DNA of 64,000 bases from Caldisphaera sp. (GTDB lineage Archaea; Thermoproteota; Thermoprotei_A; Sulfolobales; Acidilobaceae). Positions within the stretch are counted from its first letter, which is position 1, and every line of letters begins with the position of its first letter. The position numbers and the translations under genes were made by a program. The notes under the pieces were generated by a model, which saw only the letters and a list, made by a program, of their open reading frames with translations, was not told where the DNA came from and searched no databases. Below, piece by piece: positions 1 to 8,160 of the stretch. The stretch is from the NCBI GenBank assembly GCA_049971805.1, contig JBMFKU010000001.1, positions 50,675-114,674 on the forward strand, read 5' to 3'.

Positions 1-150
1 TATACAGGATACTGGTATGTCAGCCTTCAAGTATACTACCCAGATTCTATTTGTTAAGAAACATTTTAAGCTTAACATTTAAAAAATATTGATAAGCATG
101 TTACCTATACTCTCTTTAAGTACTTTGGTTTATAATAAATTAATAGAGCG

Positions 151-1311
151 GTGAAGTTAGTGGAAGAAGAAAAAATACCAGGAAAGATGCTAAATAGGAA
201 AATTATGATGAAATTAATGAATGCAATACAAGAAAGTAAGCCGCCTTATAATTTAACGAGAATGGCAGAATTAATGGATATGCCTGATTCAACCTTAGAA
301 AGTTATTTTAGATTGTTGAAAGACAACAAATTTGCAACTGTTGCACTAGATTTTTCTAGGAAGTTGCTGAATTTAAAATATGTGATAGCAATAATTAAAG
401 GTAAATGGCTGGACTCTTCACCGTTAAAGGATTATTGGTTAGTAGGAAGATTTCATACTTCAATAGGTACAATACTAACATATTATTTTCCATCTAACGA
501 AAGTGAATCAATTAACTCTTTAAAAGAAATAACAAATGCAGATGTCTATCAATTTTATGATGTGTATAACTCTAGACCGGATTGGCTTTATTATTATGAT
601 GAGGAAAATGATAAATTATATGATATAGATAAAATATATAAAATGATTGATAATCATCCTCCTATAAATTATGAAATACCAGATCCCCATAGAAAGCCAG
701 ATGCTTTAGATGTTTTGATTTTGGCAGCATTAGGAGCAAATGCTTTAGATAACTATCGTCTATTAATAGAGGCATTTAAAGGTCCAAGCCCTATAAGGAA
801 GTTTAAGCCATTCTCATCATTTAATTATCACTTAAACCACTCAAAATTATACTCAAGAGGAGGAGCTTTTTTACCAAAAGTTGGTTTGAATTCATTTAAT
901 TTAAGGCTAAGCGAACCTATGCCATTTACATCAGGTTATATCCTATTAAGGGGCACAAATAAAAACATACAATACATATTTAAAAGGCTATTAGCGTTTC
1001 CCTTTGTTGGCCAGATATTAGTGGGTGATAATGTAATATATTTTAACTATGTGATTCATGTTAAATATTTTGATACAACAATAGTAAATGAATATAAGCA
1101 ATATGATTGGGATGAGGTATTGCAATTCAATCTTATGGGCCATGATGTAAAAGAAAGGTATCTGTTACCATTTAGAGAATACAATCCTGTATTAAAAGAA
1201 TGGATACCAAATAGTAATTTAGAAGAAATTGCAAGAAGAAAACTAAGACTATCAGAGTTCGAAAATTGGTACAATAAACATTATCTCAAAAATATAGAAA
1301 ATCAAGAATAA
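151..1311 (+). CDS. Putative transcriptional regulator with two HTH/Lrp-AsnC-like modules
   Basis: 386-aa ORF. N-terminal HTH-like segment (NLTRMAELMDMPDSTLESYFRLL) and a second Lrp-like start mid-protein (PDALDVLILAALGANALDNYRLL...FNYHLNH). Confidence 0.55.
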   Translation: MKLVEEEKIPGKMLNRKIMMKLMNAIQESKPPYNLTRMAELMDMPDSTLESYFRLLKDNKFATVALDFSRKLLNLKYVIAIIKGKWLDSSPLKDYWLVGRFHTSIGTILTYYFPSNESESINSLKEITNADVYQFYDVYNSRPDWLYYYDEENDKLYDIDKIYKMIDNHPPINYEIPDPHRKPDALDVLILAALGANALDNYRLLIEAFKGPSPIRKFKPFSSFNYHLNHSKLYSRGGAFLPKVGLNSFNLRLSEPMPFTSGYILLRGTNKNIQYIFKRLLAFPFVGQILVGDNVIYFNYVIHVKYFDTTIVNEYKQYDWDEVLQFNLMGHDVKERYLLPFREYNPVLKEWIPNSNLEEIARRKLRLSEFENWYNKHYLKNIENQE

Positions 1312-1327
1312 AAACTTTTAATAAAAA

Positions 1328-1495
1328 TCATAGAAATATATCGTCTTCTCCAGTTACTGGATTAACAGCTTGTAGATGAGCATGTGTTGCCGGTTGGCCT
1401 AAATGAAGGCTTAATACTAAGCTTATTACAGCTAATATAGCAGGTAATACACTTAAGACCTTTATGCCGTACCTCTTAACTCCTTTTATACTCAT
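1328..1495 (-). CDS. Small 55-aa secreted or membrane peptide (not in ORF track)
   Basis: Hand translation gives MSIKGVKRYGIKVLSVLPAILAVISLVLSLHLGQPATHAHLQAVNPVTGEDDIFL*. ATG at 1495-1493, TGA at 1330-1328, GGTGA RBS at 1506-1502. Basic N-region, hydrophobic H-region, polar tail. Confidence 0.7.
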   Translation of the reverse strand: MSIKGVKRYGIKVLSVLPAILAVISLVLSLHLGQPATHAHLQAVNPVTGEDDIFL

Positions 1496-1688
1496 ACTCT
1501 CTCACCACATCCTAGTAATATTTCAGTTAATCATAAACTATTATCTTTTTTCCCATAGTGTTAAATCAAATTCCCGGAGAAAAGCTTATATAAAACCTTA
1601 TAATAAATCAATATTTTAAAGATTGTAACATTTTCTGTGTAACTTTTTAATATTTCTAATAACTTCTAGATACTATGAAGAGAACTCC

Positions 1689-1985
1689 ATGGAGAGATAC
1701 TTGATCTCCAGCGATGTTGCAGAGATATTTGGCATGAGCAGAATCGGGGTTATGAAATGGATTAGGCAAGGAAAAAATTAGAGCTGCAGAAATTAATGTA
1801 AGTAGAGAATTCCTTATAGTGAGGTTGAAAGACTGCTAAACAGATCTGGAAGAGTTAAACAAATAGCAATTTATGCTAGAGTTTCGTCAAGTTCCCAAAA
1901 TGATGTTTGGAGAGGCAATTAAACTCTTTGAGGGAGTTGATTAGGAAAAATTTCGGTGAGGTTGCACTAATTGAAATTAAAGACA
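1689..1985 (+). pseudogene. tnpA: IS607-family TnpA (MerR-HTH serine recombinase) remnant
   Basis: Reads MERYLISSDVAEIFGMSRIGVMKWIRQGK, then after frameshifts RIPYSEVERLL...KQIAIYARVSSSSQ. YARVSS is the serine-recombinase motif. Broken by frameshifts and truncated. Confidence 0.8.
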
Positions 1986-1988
1986 TAG

Positions 1989-2178
1989 AGGGTATGCTTC
2001 ATGATATGAGGTAAGCCTCTACGTAACTAAATTAAAATAAGGAGTGTGAGGCTTCTCCTTCAGGTCAAGTAAAGATGAGGAGTAGGAGTAACTTTATTCC
2101 CACATAGGGAGGAATCAGAGTAGATCCTATAGGTAACCTCTAGATCTCGGGAACTAATGCCCTTCATGGCGGGGAAGG
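1989..2178 (+). mobile_element. IS607/IS605-type right-end relic, copy A
   Basis: Follows the tnpA remnant and ends in a GCCC-TTCAT-GGCGGGG subterminal hairpin. Aligns by eye with 59361-59550 (shared blocks such as GATATGAGGTAAGCCTCTAC, GATGAGGAGT, GGAGTAACTTTA, CCCACATAGGGAG). Confidence 0.65.
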
Positions 2179-2250
2179 CTGAATCCTTTTTCATTTTAGT
2201 AAAAATCTTTTTATATTCAAATATGCTTAGTTTTTACTGGCAAAGGATGA

Positions 2251-2442
2251 CCTCTCACACCGATGTTGGCTATGCCCAAAAGAGTGGGTGTGATTGCAGA
2301 GATGTGAGCCCCGCGCCGTTGAGCTCGAAGGAGTCTCATGACCCGCATGCAGTTAAGCTTGGCAGATGGTTGAGGGCTAAGTCCCTATGCTCGATCATGA
2401 TTGAAGATAAGATGATTGAAATGAAAGTGTATGGACAAACGG
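2251..2442 (+). mobile_element. Second tnpB 3'-end / right-end relic (IS605/IS1341 type)
   Basis: GC-richer block translating as ...RWLRAKSLCSIMIEDKMIEMKVYGQT, which I recall as a C-terminal tail of Sulfolobales IS605-type TnpB. No RuvC portion remains. Confidence 0.55.
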
Positions 2443-2528
2443 TCGGACTTAGGTCTAACCAATATTTCTTATATGAGAGGCCGTAAAAACATTTAAACAC
2501 ATATTATTTTTGTATAAAAATAATATAT

Positions 2529-3440
2529 TTGGAGATTAAAATGAAAGAAAGAGTTATTCTAAGGTTAACTAAAAAGAAGATATTTAATGAAACAACAGAG
2601 AAAATTAGCCCTCCAAAAGGTACTTTATTTAATATAGGATCGTTTTTAATAAAAAGCTATGAATTAAGTTTAGATTATTTATTGATTCAAAAAATTAATT
2701 ATTCTGATGTCTATGAATATAATGGTATTGTTCAATTATCTCCTCAACCATGGAGTTCTTATTGTGAATGGCACAATGGATCCTTAGAAGAGGCTGATGA
2801 TCCAACAAAAAGGATTTACTGCCCTTTAGAAGCTGAAGGCTTTTGTAGTAAACATAAAAGAACTGATAGAGCAATATATGATCTATGCCTTTCGTATAGA
2901 GGAGAAATTGCTCTACAAGCATGCAAGGAAATTGATAAAAAAATTAAGGGGGAATACGTGGTATACTTAATAGACTATGGGGGAGAAAAACCAAAAGTCG
3001 GAACTACTAGAAAGTTTAGAATTCTTGAAAGAATAGCGGAGCAACCTCATATAATAGCAACAGAATTGTTTATTACAGACAGCCTACATAAAGCAAGATT
3101 GATGGAAATGAACATATCTAAAGATGGTTTTGCAAACGAATTATGGAGACATAGATGGATATCTACGGAAAACATTTATAGCTCAATAATTAAATTAAAT
3201 TCTATATTAAATAATATATCAAAAAAATATTCTCTAAACACTGAATTCAGTTTCTTTAGGGTAAAACAGCCAATTAAAATAGCACCTAAATTGTTAGATT
3301 ATAACTACTTTTATAATAAAGAATTTAAAATAGATAGCTATTGGGGCGGATATAATATAATTTATCTAAACAATCAACCATTTATTTTGCCAGAGAATCA
3401 AATGCTGCATAGAGATAGTCTAATTATAGAAAAAATCTAG
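2529..3440 (+). CDS. DUF2797-like protein (GIY-YIG-like motif)
   Basis: YVVYLIDYGGEKPKVGTTRKFRILERIAEQ motif; Cys/His-rich N-terminal half. Confidence 0.55.
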   Translation: MEIKMKERVILRLTKKKIFNETTEKISPPKGTLFNIGSFLIKSYELSLDYLLIQKINYSDVYEYNGIVQLSPQPWSSYCEWHNGSLEEADDPTKRIYCPLEAEGFCSKHKRTDRAIYDLCLSYRGEIALQACKEIDKKIKGEYVVYLIDYGGEKPKVGTTRKFRILERIAEQPHIIATELFITDSLHKARLMEMNISKDGFANELWRHRWISTENIYSSIIKLNSILNNISKKYSLNTEFSFFRVKQPIKIAPKLLDYNYFYNKEFKIDSYWGGYNIIYLNNQPFILPENQMLHRDSLIIEKI

Positions 3441-3558
3441 GTATAACTTTGAATAAAGTTTATATTGTTTTTATCCTTATGAAAATAATATTTAGCAATA
3501 TTAACTAAATTTATATATCTCATTAATCATTATCTATATGGAAACTTGGTGAACCTAA

Positions 3559-4287
3559 TTGAAATTTACTTCAGTTATACCGGCAGGTGGCGAAGGCTCT
3601 AGATTTAAACCATACACAGATATTGTGCCTAAACCAATGATACCTCTAGGTGAAGAAGAAAAACCAATTTTGGATTATATTGTACAGCATCTATCAAGTA
3701 ATGGTTCAGATCACATCATATTATTAGTTAATTATAAATGGAAATATATAAAAAATTATTTTAGAGATGGAGATAAACATAATGTAAAAATAGATTATAG
3801 CATAGATGATAATATTTATGGAAATACTGGTGGATCTTTATTAAAGGCTTACAAAGAAGGTCTTTTAAATTCGGATATAGCATTAATCTGGTATGGAGAT
3901 ATTATAGCAGGATTAAACCCAAAAGAAGTAATTGATTATCATATAAAAAACAATACTGATGTCACACTTGTGATAGCAAATAAATATCAAATACCCGTAG
4001 GAGTTGCAGAAATAGATGAGAACAACAATATAATAAAATTAAATGAAAAACCATGGCTAGATATAAAAGTTACTATAGGAATATTAACATTAAGGACTTC
4101 AATCCTAGAAAATATAGAAGAAGTTTTAGGAACGAAATTTGATATAATGGGTGATTTAATACCATATATGATAAAAAAGAATTTAAAAATTAAAGGCTTT
4201 ATCTATGATAAGGAATGGTTAGATGTAGGCAGCCTAGAAAGGTATAAAAAGATAGACTCAAAAATATTAAATAAAATTTTATCTTAA
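3559..4287 (+). CDS. Sugar-phosphate nucleotidyltransferase (NTP_transferase family)
   Basis: VIPAGGEGSRFKPYTDIVPKPM signature, GNTGG, WLDVGS. Confidence 0.9.
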   Translation: MKFTSVIPAGGEGSRFKPYTDIVPKPMIPLGEEEKPILDYIVQHLSSNGSDHIILLVNYKWKYIKNYFRDGDKHNVKIDYSIDDNIYGNTGGSLLKAYKEGLLNSDIALIWYGDIIAGLNPKEVIDYHIKNNTDVTLVIANKYQIPVGVAEIDENNNIIKLNEKPWLDIKVTIGILTLRTSILENIEEVLGTKFDIMGDLIPYMIKKNLKIKGFIYDKEWLDVGSLERYKKIDSKILNKILS

Positions 4288-4306
4288 ATTACAATTTAAA
4301 TATTCT

Positions 4307-4684
4307 TTATTTTATGACAATTATTTTATCTCCATTAATAATTATTTTATCTCCATCGTTTATATTTTTAACTAAATCCTTTGGTATATTATCAATTAAT
4401 GGAATATTTGCCAATACACACCCTGCAACAATTATGGGCTCTGATTTAACCATTATTATAGCTTTTGGAGAAACGTTGTTTTCTTTAAGTGCATAAATTA
4501 TATAAGAACCAACGGTACTGCCCCTTGGTTTAAGGGAAACTACAATTTTGCCTTTTATTGATCTTCCATCTTTAAGCTTTCCTGTTTCTGGATCTACATC
4601 ACCATAAAAGCTTATTTCATTTATCACAACAGCCTCCCCTTCTGCCTTCCCCTTTATTAATGCTCTGCCATTGATTTCAATCAT
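4307..4684 (-). CDS. Aconitase X swivel (small) subunit, DUF126; probable phosphomevalonate dehydratase small subunit
   Basis: GRALIKGKAEGEAVV...ISFYGDVDPETG...RGSTVGSYIIY motif; overlaps the large-subunit gene. Confidence 0.85.
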   Translation of the reverse strand: MIEINGRALIKGKAEGEAVVINEISFYGDVDPETGKLKDGRSIKGKIVVSLKPRGSTVGSYIIYALKENNVSPKAIIMVKSEPIIVAGCVLANIPLIDNIPKDLVKNINDGDKIIINGDKIIVIK

Positions 4685-5879
4685 TGTCTATCACCTTGGG
4701 AATATCATTTATTGATATTAAAGATACATCAATACCTTTTTTAGATAAATAGAAATAGGCCTTATAGCTATTTGTAGCAACGCTTAATCCCTTATATCCA
4801 AATGGGCTTACTATTAAGCAGGTATCTGCTATTAAATTAACATTGTGATCTTTAAGAATTTTTAAAGCATTGCTTTCTATTTTTTGTATTTCACTCCTGG
4901 ATAAAGTTACAACAATTTTTACATCATATTTTTTATTTGTCTTTTTTAATATATTTGCCAATTTATATAAATCTTCTGCAGACGAATGGGGACATCCTAA
5001 ATAAATTACTTCTGGTTTTTTGTTTGGACTTAGTTCCTCTTTCCTCTTTTCTATTTCTTTATAATCTATTTTAACTTCTTTTAAAATTTTTTTTCCGAGC
5101 TTTTCAGGGGTAATTTTATCAATATAAACCATAGCAATATTGCCTGATGCACCTAATGATGCAAAAAATTCTTTCATGGCTAGTTTATCCAATGTTTCAT
5201 TTATAAATGGAGGCTTATCGCTATCATGAATTTTGCTTAAGATTTCGCCAAATACGCCTGCTCTGACTTCATCTATATTGTAATTATAAGGCTTCTCTAT
5301 AACGTATTTTATTTCAGGTATTCTGTTTTCATTAATATGAAGGCCATAATAATATATTTTGCCAGTTATTGCTGCCATTAATGAAATTGGACCTCCTTCT
5401 CTGTTCGTTCTAAGCCCTAAAATGCTATTCGCATATACAACTGCATTAGACTCTCCCCAAGCGACGCTATTACCAATTTTTAAATTTTTAATATTTGGTA
5501 AATCATACGGTGTACAAGATAAGGTCAAATCGGCGCCCATTTTGTGTAATGATTTTAGTATTTCATTTTGATTGTTAATATAGTTCAAATCTATTTTGGT
5601 GTAAGGAATAGCCTTATAATCTTCCATATCATATCCTATTGGATTAACTGTAGAAGGCACAGAAAATCTAACACCTGAATCTGCAAACATCTTAATCAAT
5701 TTTCTTCCTGGATCTCCAATGTTGCTATAAGAAACACCTGAAATATGAGCATGAGATATATCAATTAATTTTTCTGCTTCTAGAGAATCTCCCACGCTAA
5801 CAATGACTTGCAAAGCCTTCGCCTTTGCCCAACCTTCTTCTCCATTTATTATCTTTTCTTCGTCTTTTGTTAGGTACAT
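4677..5879 (-). CDS. Aconitase X catalytic (large) subunit, DUF521; probable phosphomevalonate dehydratase large subunit
   Basis: MYLTKDEEKIINGEEG, AHISGVSY, SCTPY, WGESNAVVYANSILGLRTNREGG, GCPH, DTCLIVSP. Confidence 0.9.
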   Translation of the reverse strand: MYLTKDEEKIINGEEGWAKAKALQVIVSVGDSLEAEKLIDISHAHISGVSYSNIGDPGRKLIKMFADSGVRFSVPSTVNPIGYDMEDYKAIPYTKIDLNYINNQNEILKSLHKMGADLTLSCTPYDLPNIKNLKIGNSVAWGESNAVVYANSILGLRTNREGGPISLMAAITGKIYYYGLHINENRIPEIKYVIEKPYNYNIDEVRAGVFGEILSKIHDSDKPPFINETLDKLAMKEFFASLGASGNIAMVYIDKITPEKLGKKILKEVKIDYKEIEKRKEELSPNKKPEVIYLGCPHSSAEDLYKLANILKKTNKKYDVKIVVTLSRSEIQKIESNALKILKDHNVNLIADTCLIVSPFGYKGLSVATNSYKAYFYLSKKGIDVSLISINDIPKVIDND

Positions 5880-5891
5880 ATTCTTGTTCCC

Positions 5892-6902
5892 CTAATACCA
5901 CCATATTGTAGCAAATTTATGCTCTGGTATCATATAATTTTTATCAGAAAAAGCCTTACATTCTTTTGCTAGTATACAACCATCGATATTACAACCATTA
6001 ATTTTCCTGCAAAAATCATTACATGTCTTACAACTAGGATTTTCTTTCGTACAGCAGTTTCTTCCGAAGTTCCAAAGTATATCATCTAATATGAAAGGAT
6101 CCAATCCAGAGCTTTGAGAAACAATTCTATATGCTATCCTTGAATTATATCTTAAAATTATGTCTTCTTCGCTTGTAAATTCTAATTGCATAGAAATCTT
6201 TTCTCTGGTTTCTTTATCAAGCTCAATTATTCCAGTCCTTAAAGCAATTCTTGATAAATGGTTATCAACTGGCAATTCTTTATTATATGGATCGTTAATT
6301 TTTAAAATTGATCTTCTTTCTAGAAACTTGGCCAACAAAAAGGCTTTTTTCTCGACTGGATCTTGATATGCTTTAAAAATCTTTAATAGATCAATAAAAC
6401 CATTGTTAACTCCTTTTCTTAGATATCCCTGGGATTCAATTATCAAATCGTACGGATCTTTGTAAAATTTTTTTAATTTATTTCCTAAATCTTTTAGTAA
6501 TTCTGCTCTTACTCTTATATCATCAGGATATATAATTTTCCCATTTTTATCGGTAATAGAAAGCCATTTCTTTACTTTTTCTTCACTAATCTCTGAAAGG
6601 CTTTCTGGATAAAAAAATGATGGATCTTCGTTAAATTTTAATGACCCAAGCTTATATAATGCGTCTGCCCCACGATAAGACCTGTTATCAATAATACCTT
6701 CATATACTTTATTTTTATATCTAAGTCTATGATCTATAGATACCATTACTAAAAAATAATTAAAAACATCTGACTTTGATGCGTTTAAGGGTGGATAATA
6801 ATCTATATTATCGTACAGATCTATGTTTTGTGGAACTAATTTAGATATTAGCAAACCAATATTTTTTGCTTTATCAATATCAATTTCTACTTTCATTTTC
6901 AT
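5892..6902 (-). CDS. Queuosine-salvage (DUF2419/QNG1)-like HhH glycosylase-fold protein with C-terminal Cys cluster
   Basis: DPVEKKAFL, PVDNHLSRIALRTGII, LDDILW, then CCTKENPSCKTCNDFC...C...C...C resembling an EndoIII-type Fe-S loop. Confidence 0.55.
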   Translation of the reverse strand: MKMKVEIDIDKAKNIGLLISKLVPQNIDLYDNIDYYPPLNASKSDVFNYFLVMVSIDHRLRYKNKVYEGIIDNRSYRGADALYKLGSLKFNEDPSFFYPESLSEISEEKVKKWLSITDKNGKIIYPDDIRVRAELLKDLGNKLKKFYKDPYDLIIESQGYLRKGVNNGFIDLLKIFKAYQDPVEKKAFLLAKFLERRSILKINDPYNKELPVDNHLSRIALRTGIIELDKETREKISMQLEFTSEEDIILRYNSRIAYRIVSQSSGLDPFILDDILWNFGRNCCTKENPSCKTCNDFCRKINGCNIDGCILAKECKAFSDKNYMIPEHKFATIWWY

Positions 6903-7060
6903 TTACCTTCAATTAAATTTTGCCTAACTGTATTAAAGCTCTTTCATCTTTTAGTATTTATTTATAGAAATTAAATATCATTTAGCTTGTAAATTTAAAA
7001 ATAGGCTTTAACAAGTTTTAAATTTAAGATGTAAAAATAGGCTATAGAATAGGCGAGAAA

Positions 7061-7336
7061 ATGGAAGATTGGCTTATAGAGTCTTCGAAAAAATTTGAGT
7101 CTGCTAGGTATTTAAGCAAGGAAGAAAAAATAGTCCTCAAATATTTTTTAGAAAATGTTTCTGTTGGAGATTTAAGAGCTATAGCGGATTTATCAAAAAA
7201 AGGAATCGAAAATCCTGAAAATGTAATTGAGTCATTAATAGAAAAGGGTTTTTTAGAAAGAGGTAACGATTGTTTTAACCTATCATATTATTTAAGAATC
7301 TTTGTTTCGAGAAGAGGAATGCCAAATTTTGATTAA
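7061..7336 (+). CDS. Hypothetical winged-helix protein
   Basis: 91-aa ORF with wHTH-like pattern (LSKEEKIVLKYF...VIESLIEKGFLERG). Confidence 0.55.
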   Translation: MEDWLIESSKKFESARYLSKEEKIVLKYFLENVSVGDLRAIADLSKKGIENPENVIESLIEKGFLERGNDCFNLSYYLRIFVSRRGMPNFD

Positions 7337-7388
7337 ATAAAAGAAAAACATTAAAATATGGATAAAATTAAATAAAAAGGGGTTAAGT

Positions 7389-8093
7389 ATGGTAAATACG
7401 GTTCATATATTGGCAAATAAAGTTCCTAAAAAAATGTTGATAACAGGTGATCCCGATAGAATTAAGTTGATAGCAAAGTTGTTAAATGATTTAACTTTGA
7501 TAAATAGCAACAGGGGTTTCTATACTTATGCAGGAACTTATAATAAAGAAGAAATTGGATTAGCCTCTCATGGAATTGGAGGCCCAAGTGTTGCAATTGT
7601 TTTGGAAGAGCTTATATCATTGGGAGCAGAGTACATTATTAGATTAGGTACCATAGGTAGCTTATTTGATGAAATAAATGTTGGAGACGTTATTATACCT
7701 AATGGCGTAGCATATTTAGGAAACGCGTCTGCTCTAGGGCTGTATTTTAGTAATATATGCTATCCATCATCCCCAGATGCAAATTTATCTCAAAATTTAT
7801 TAAAAAATGCTGTAAACAATGGATTTAAAGTTCATAGAGGTATTATTTTTTCAAGCGATTCATTTTATGCAGAAGTTGAAATTTTAGAAAAATTAAAGAA
7901 ACTAAATATTATTGGAGTTGAGATGGAATGTGCTACATTATTAGCCTTGTCAAATTTAAGGGGAATAAAGTCATCTTGTTTTTTAATAGTATCTAATAAA
8001 GCTTATGATAAATTTAAAAAAGAATTTTACATACAGGAAGAAGCTATATTAAATGCTGCTAGAACAATACTAGATGTATTAAGTAAAAATTAA
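7389..8093 (+). CDS. Purine nucleoside phosphorylase (PNP/UDP family)
   Basis: GDPDRI, NRGFYTYAG, SHGIGGPS, IRLGTIGS, SSDSFY, VEMECA. Confidence 0.9.
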   Translation: MVNTVHILANKVPKKMLITGDPDRIKLIAKLLNDLTLINSNRGFYTYAGTYNKEEIGLASHGIGGPSVAIVLEELISLGAEYIIRLGTIGSLFDEINVGDVIIPNGVAYLGNASALGLYFSNICYPSSPDANLSQNLLKNAVNNGFKVHRGIIFSSDSFYAEVEILEKLKKLNIIGVEMECATLLALSNLRGIKSSCFLIVSNKAYDKFKKEFYIQEEAILNAARTILDVLSKN

Positions 8094-8160
8094 TATGTTT
8101 GCAATATATAGATAAGTATTTTAAATCTAGCAATAAATTTAATTTAAGGAGGTAATAGAT

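Noticed and set aside
1-78. Possible minus-strand ORF start (MLSLKCFLTNRIWVVYLKADIPVSCI...) running off the window edge
   Set aside because: Only 26 codons are visible, with no clear RBS or motif, so it cannot be supported.
2251-2442. GC-rich block considered as RNase P or SRP RNA
   Set aside because: It lacks the RNase P CR-I/CR-V and SRP helix 8 signatures; a TnpB-tail origin fits better.
2157-2486. 109-aa ORF in the track
   Set aside because: It spans two IS relics and an AT-rich spacer; best explained as chance read-through of a tnpB tail rather than a gene.
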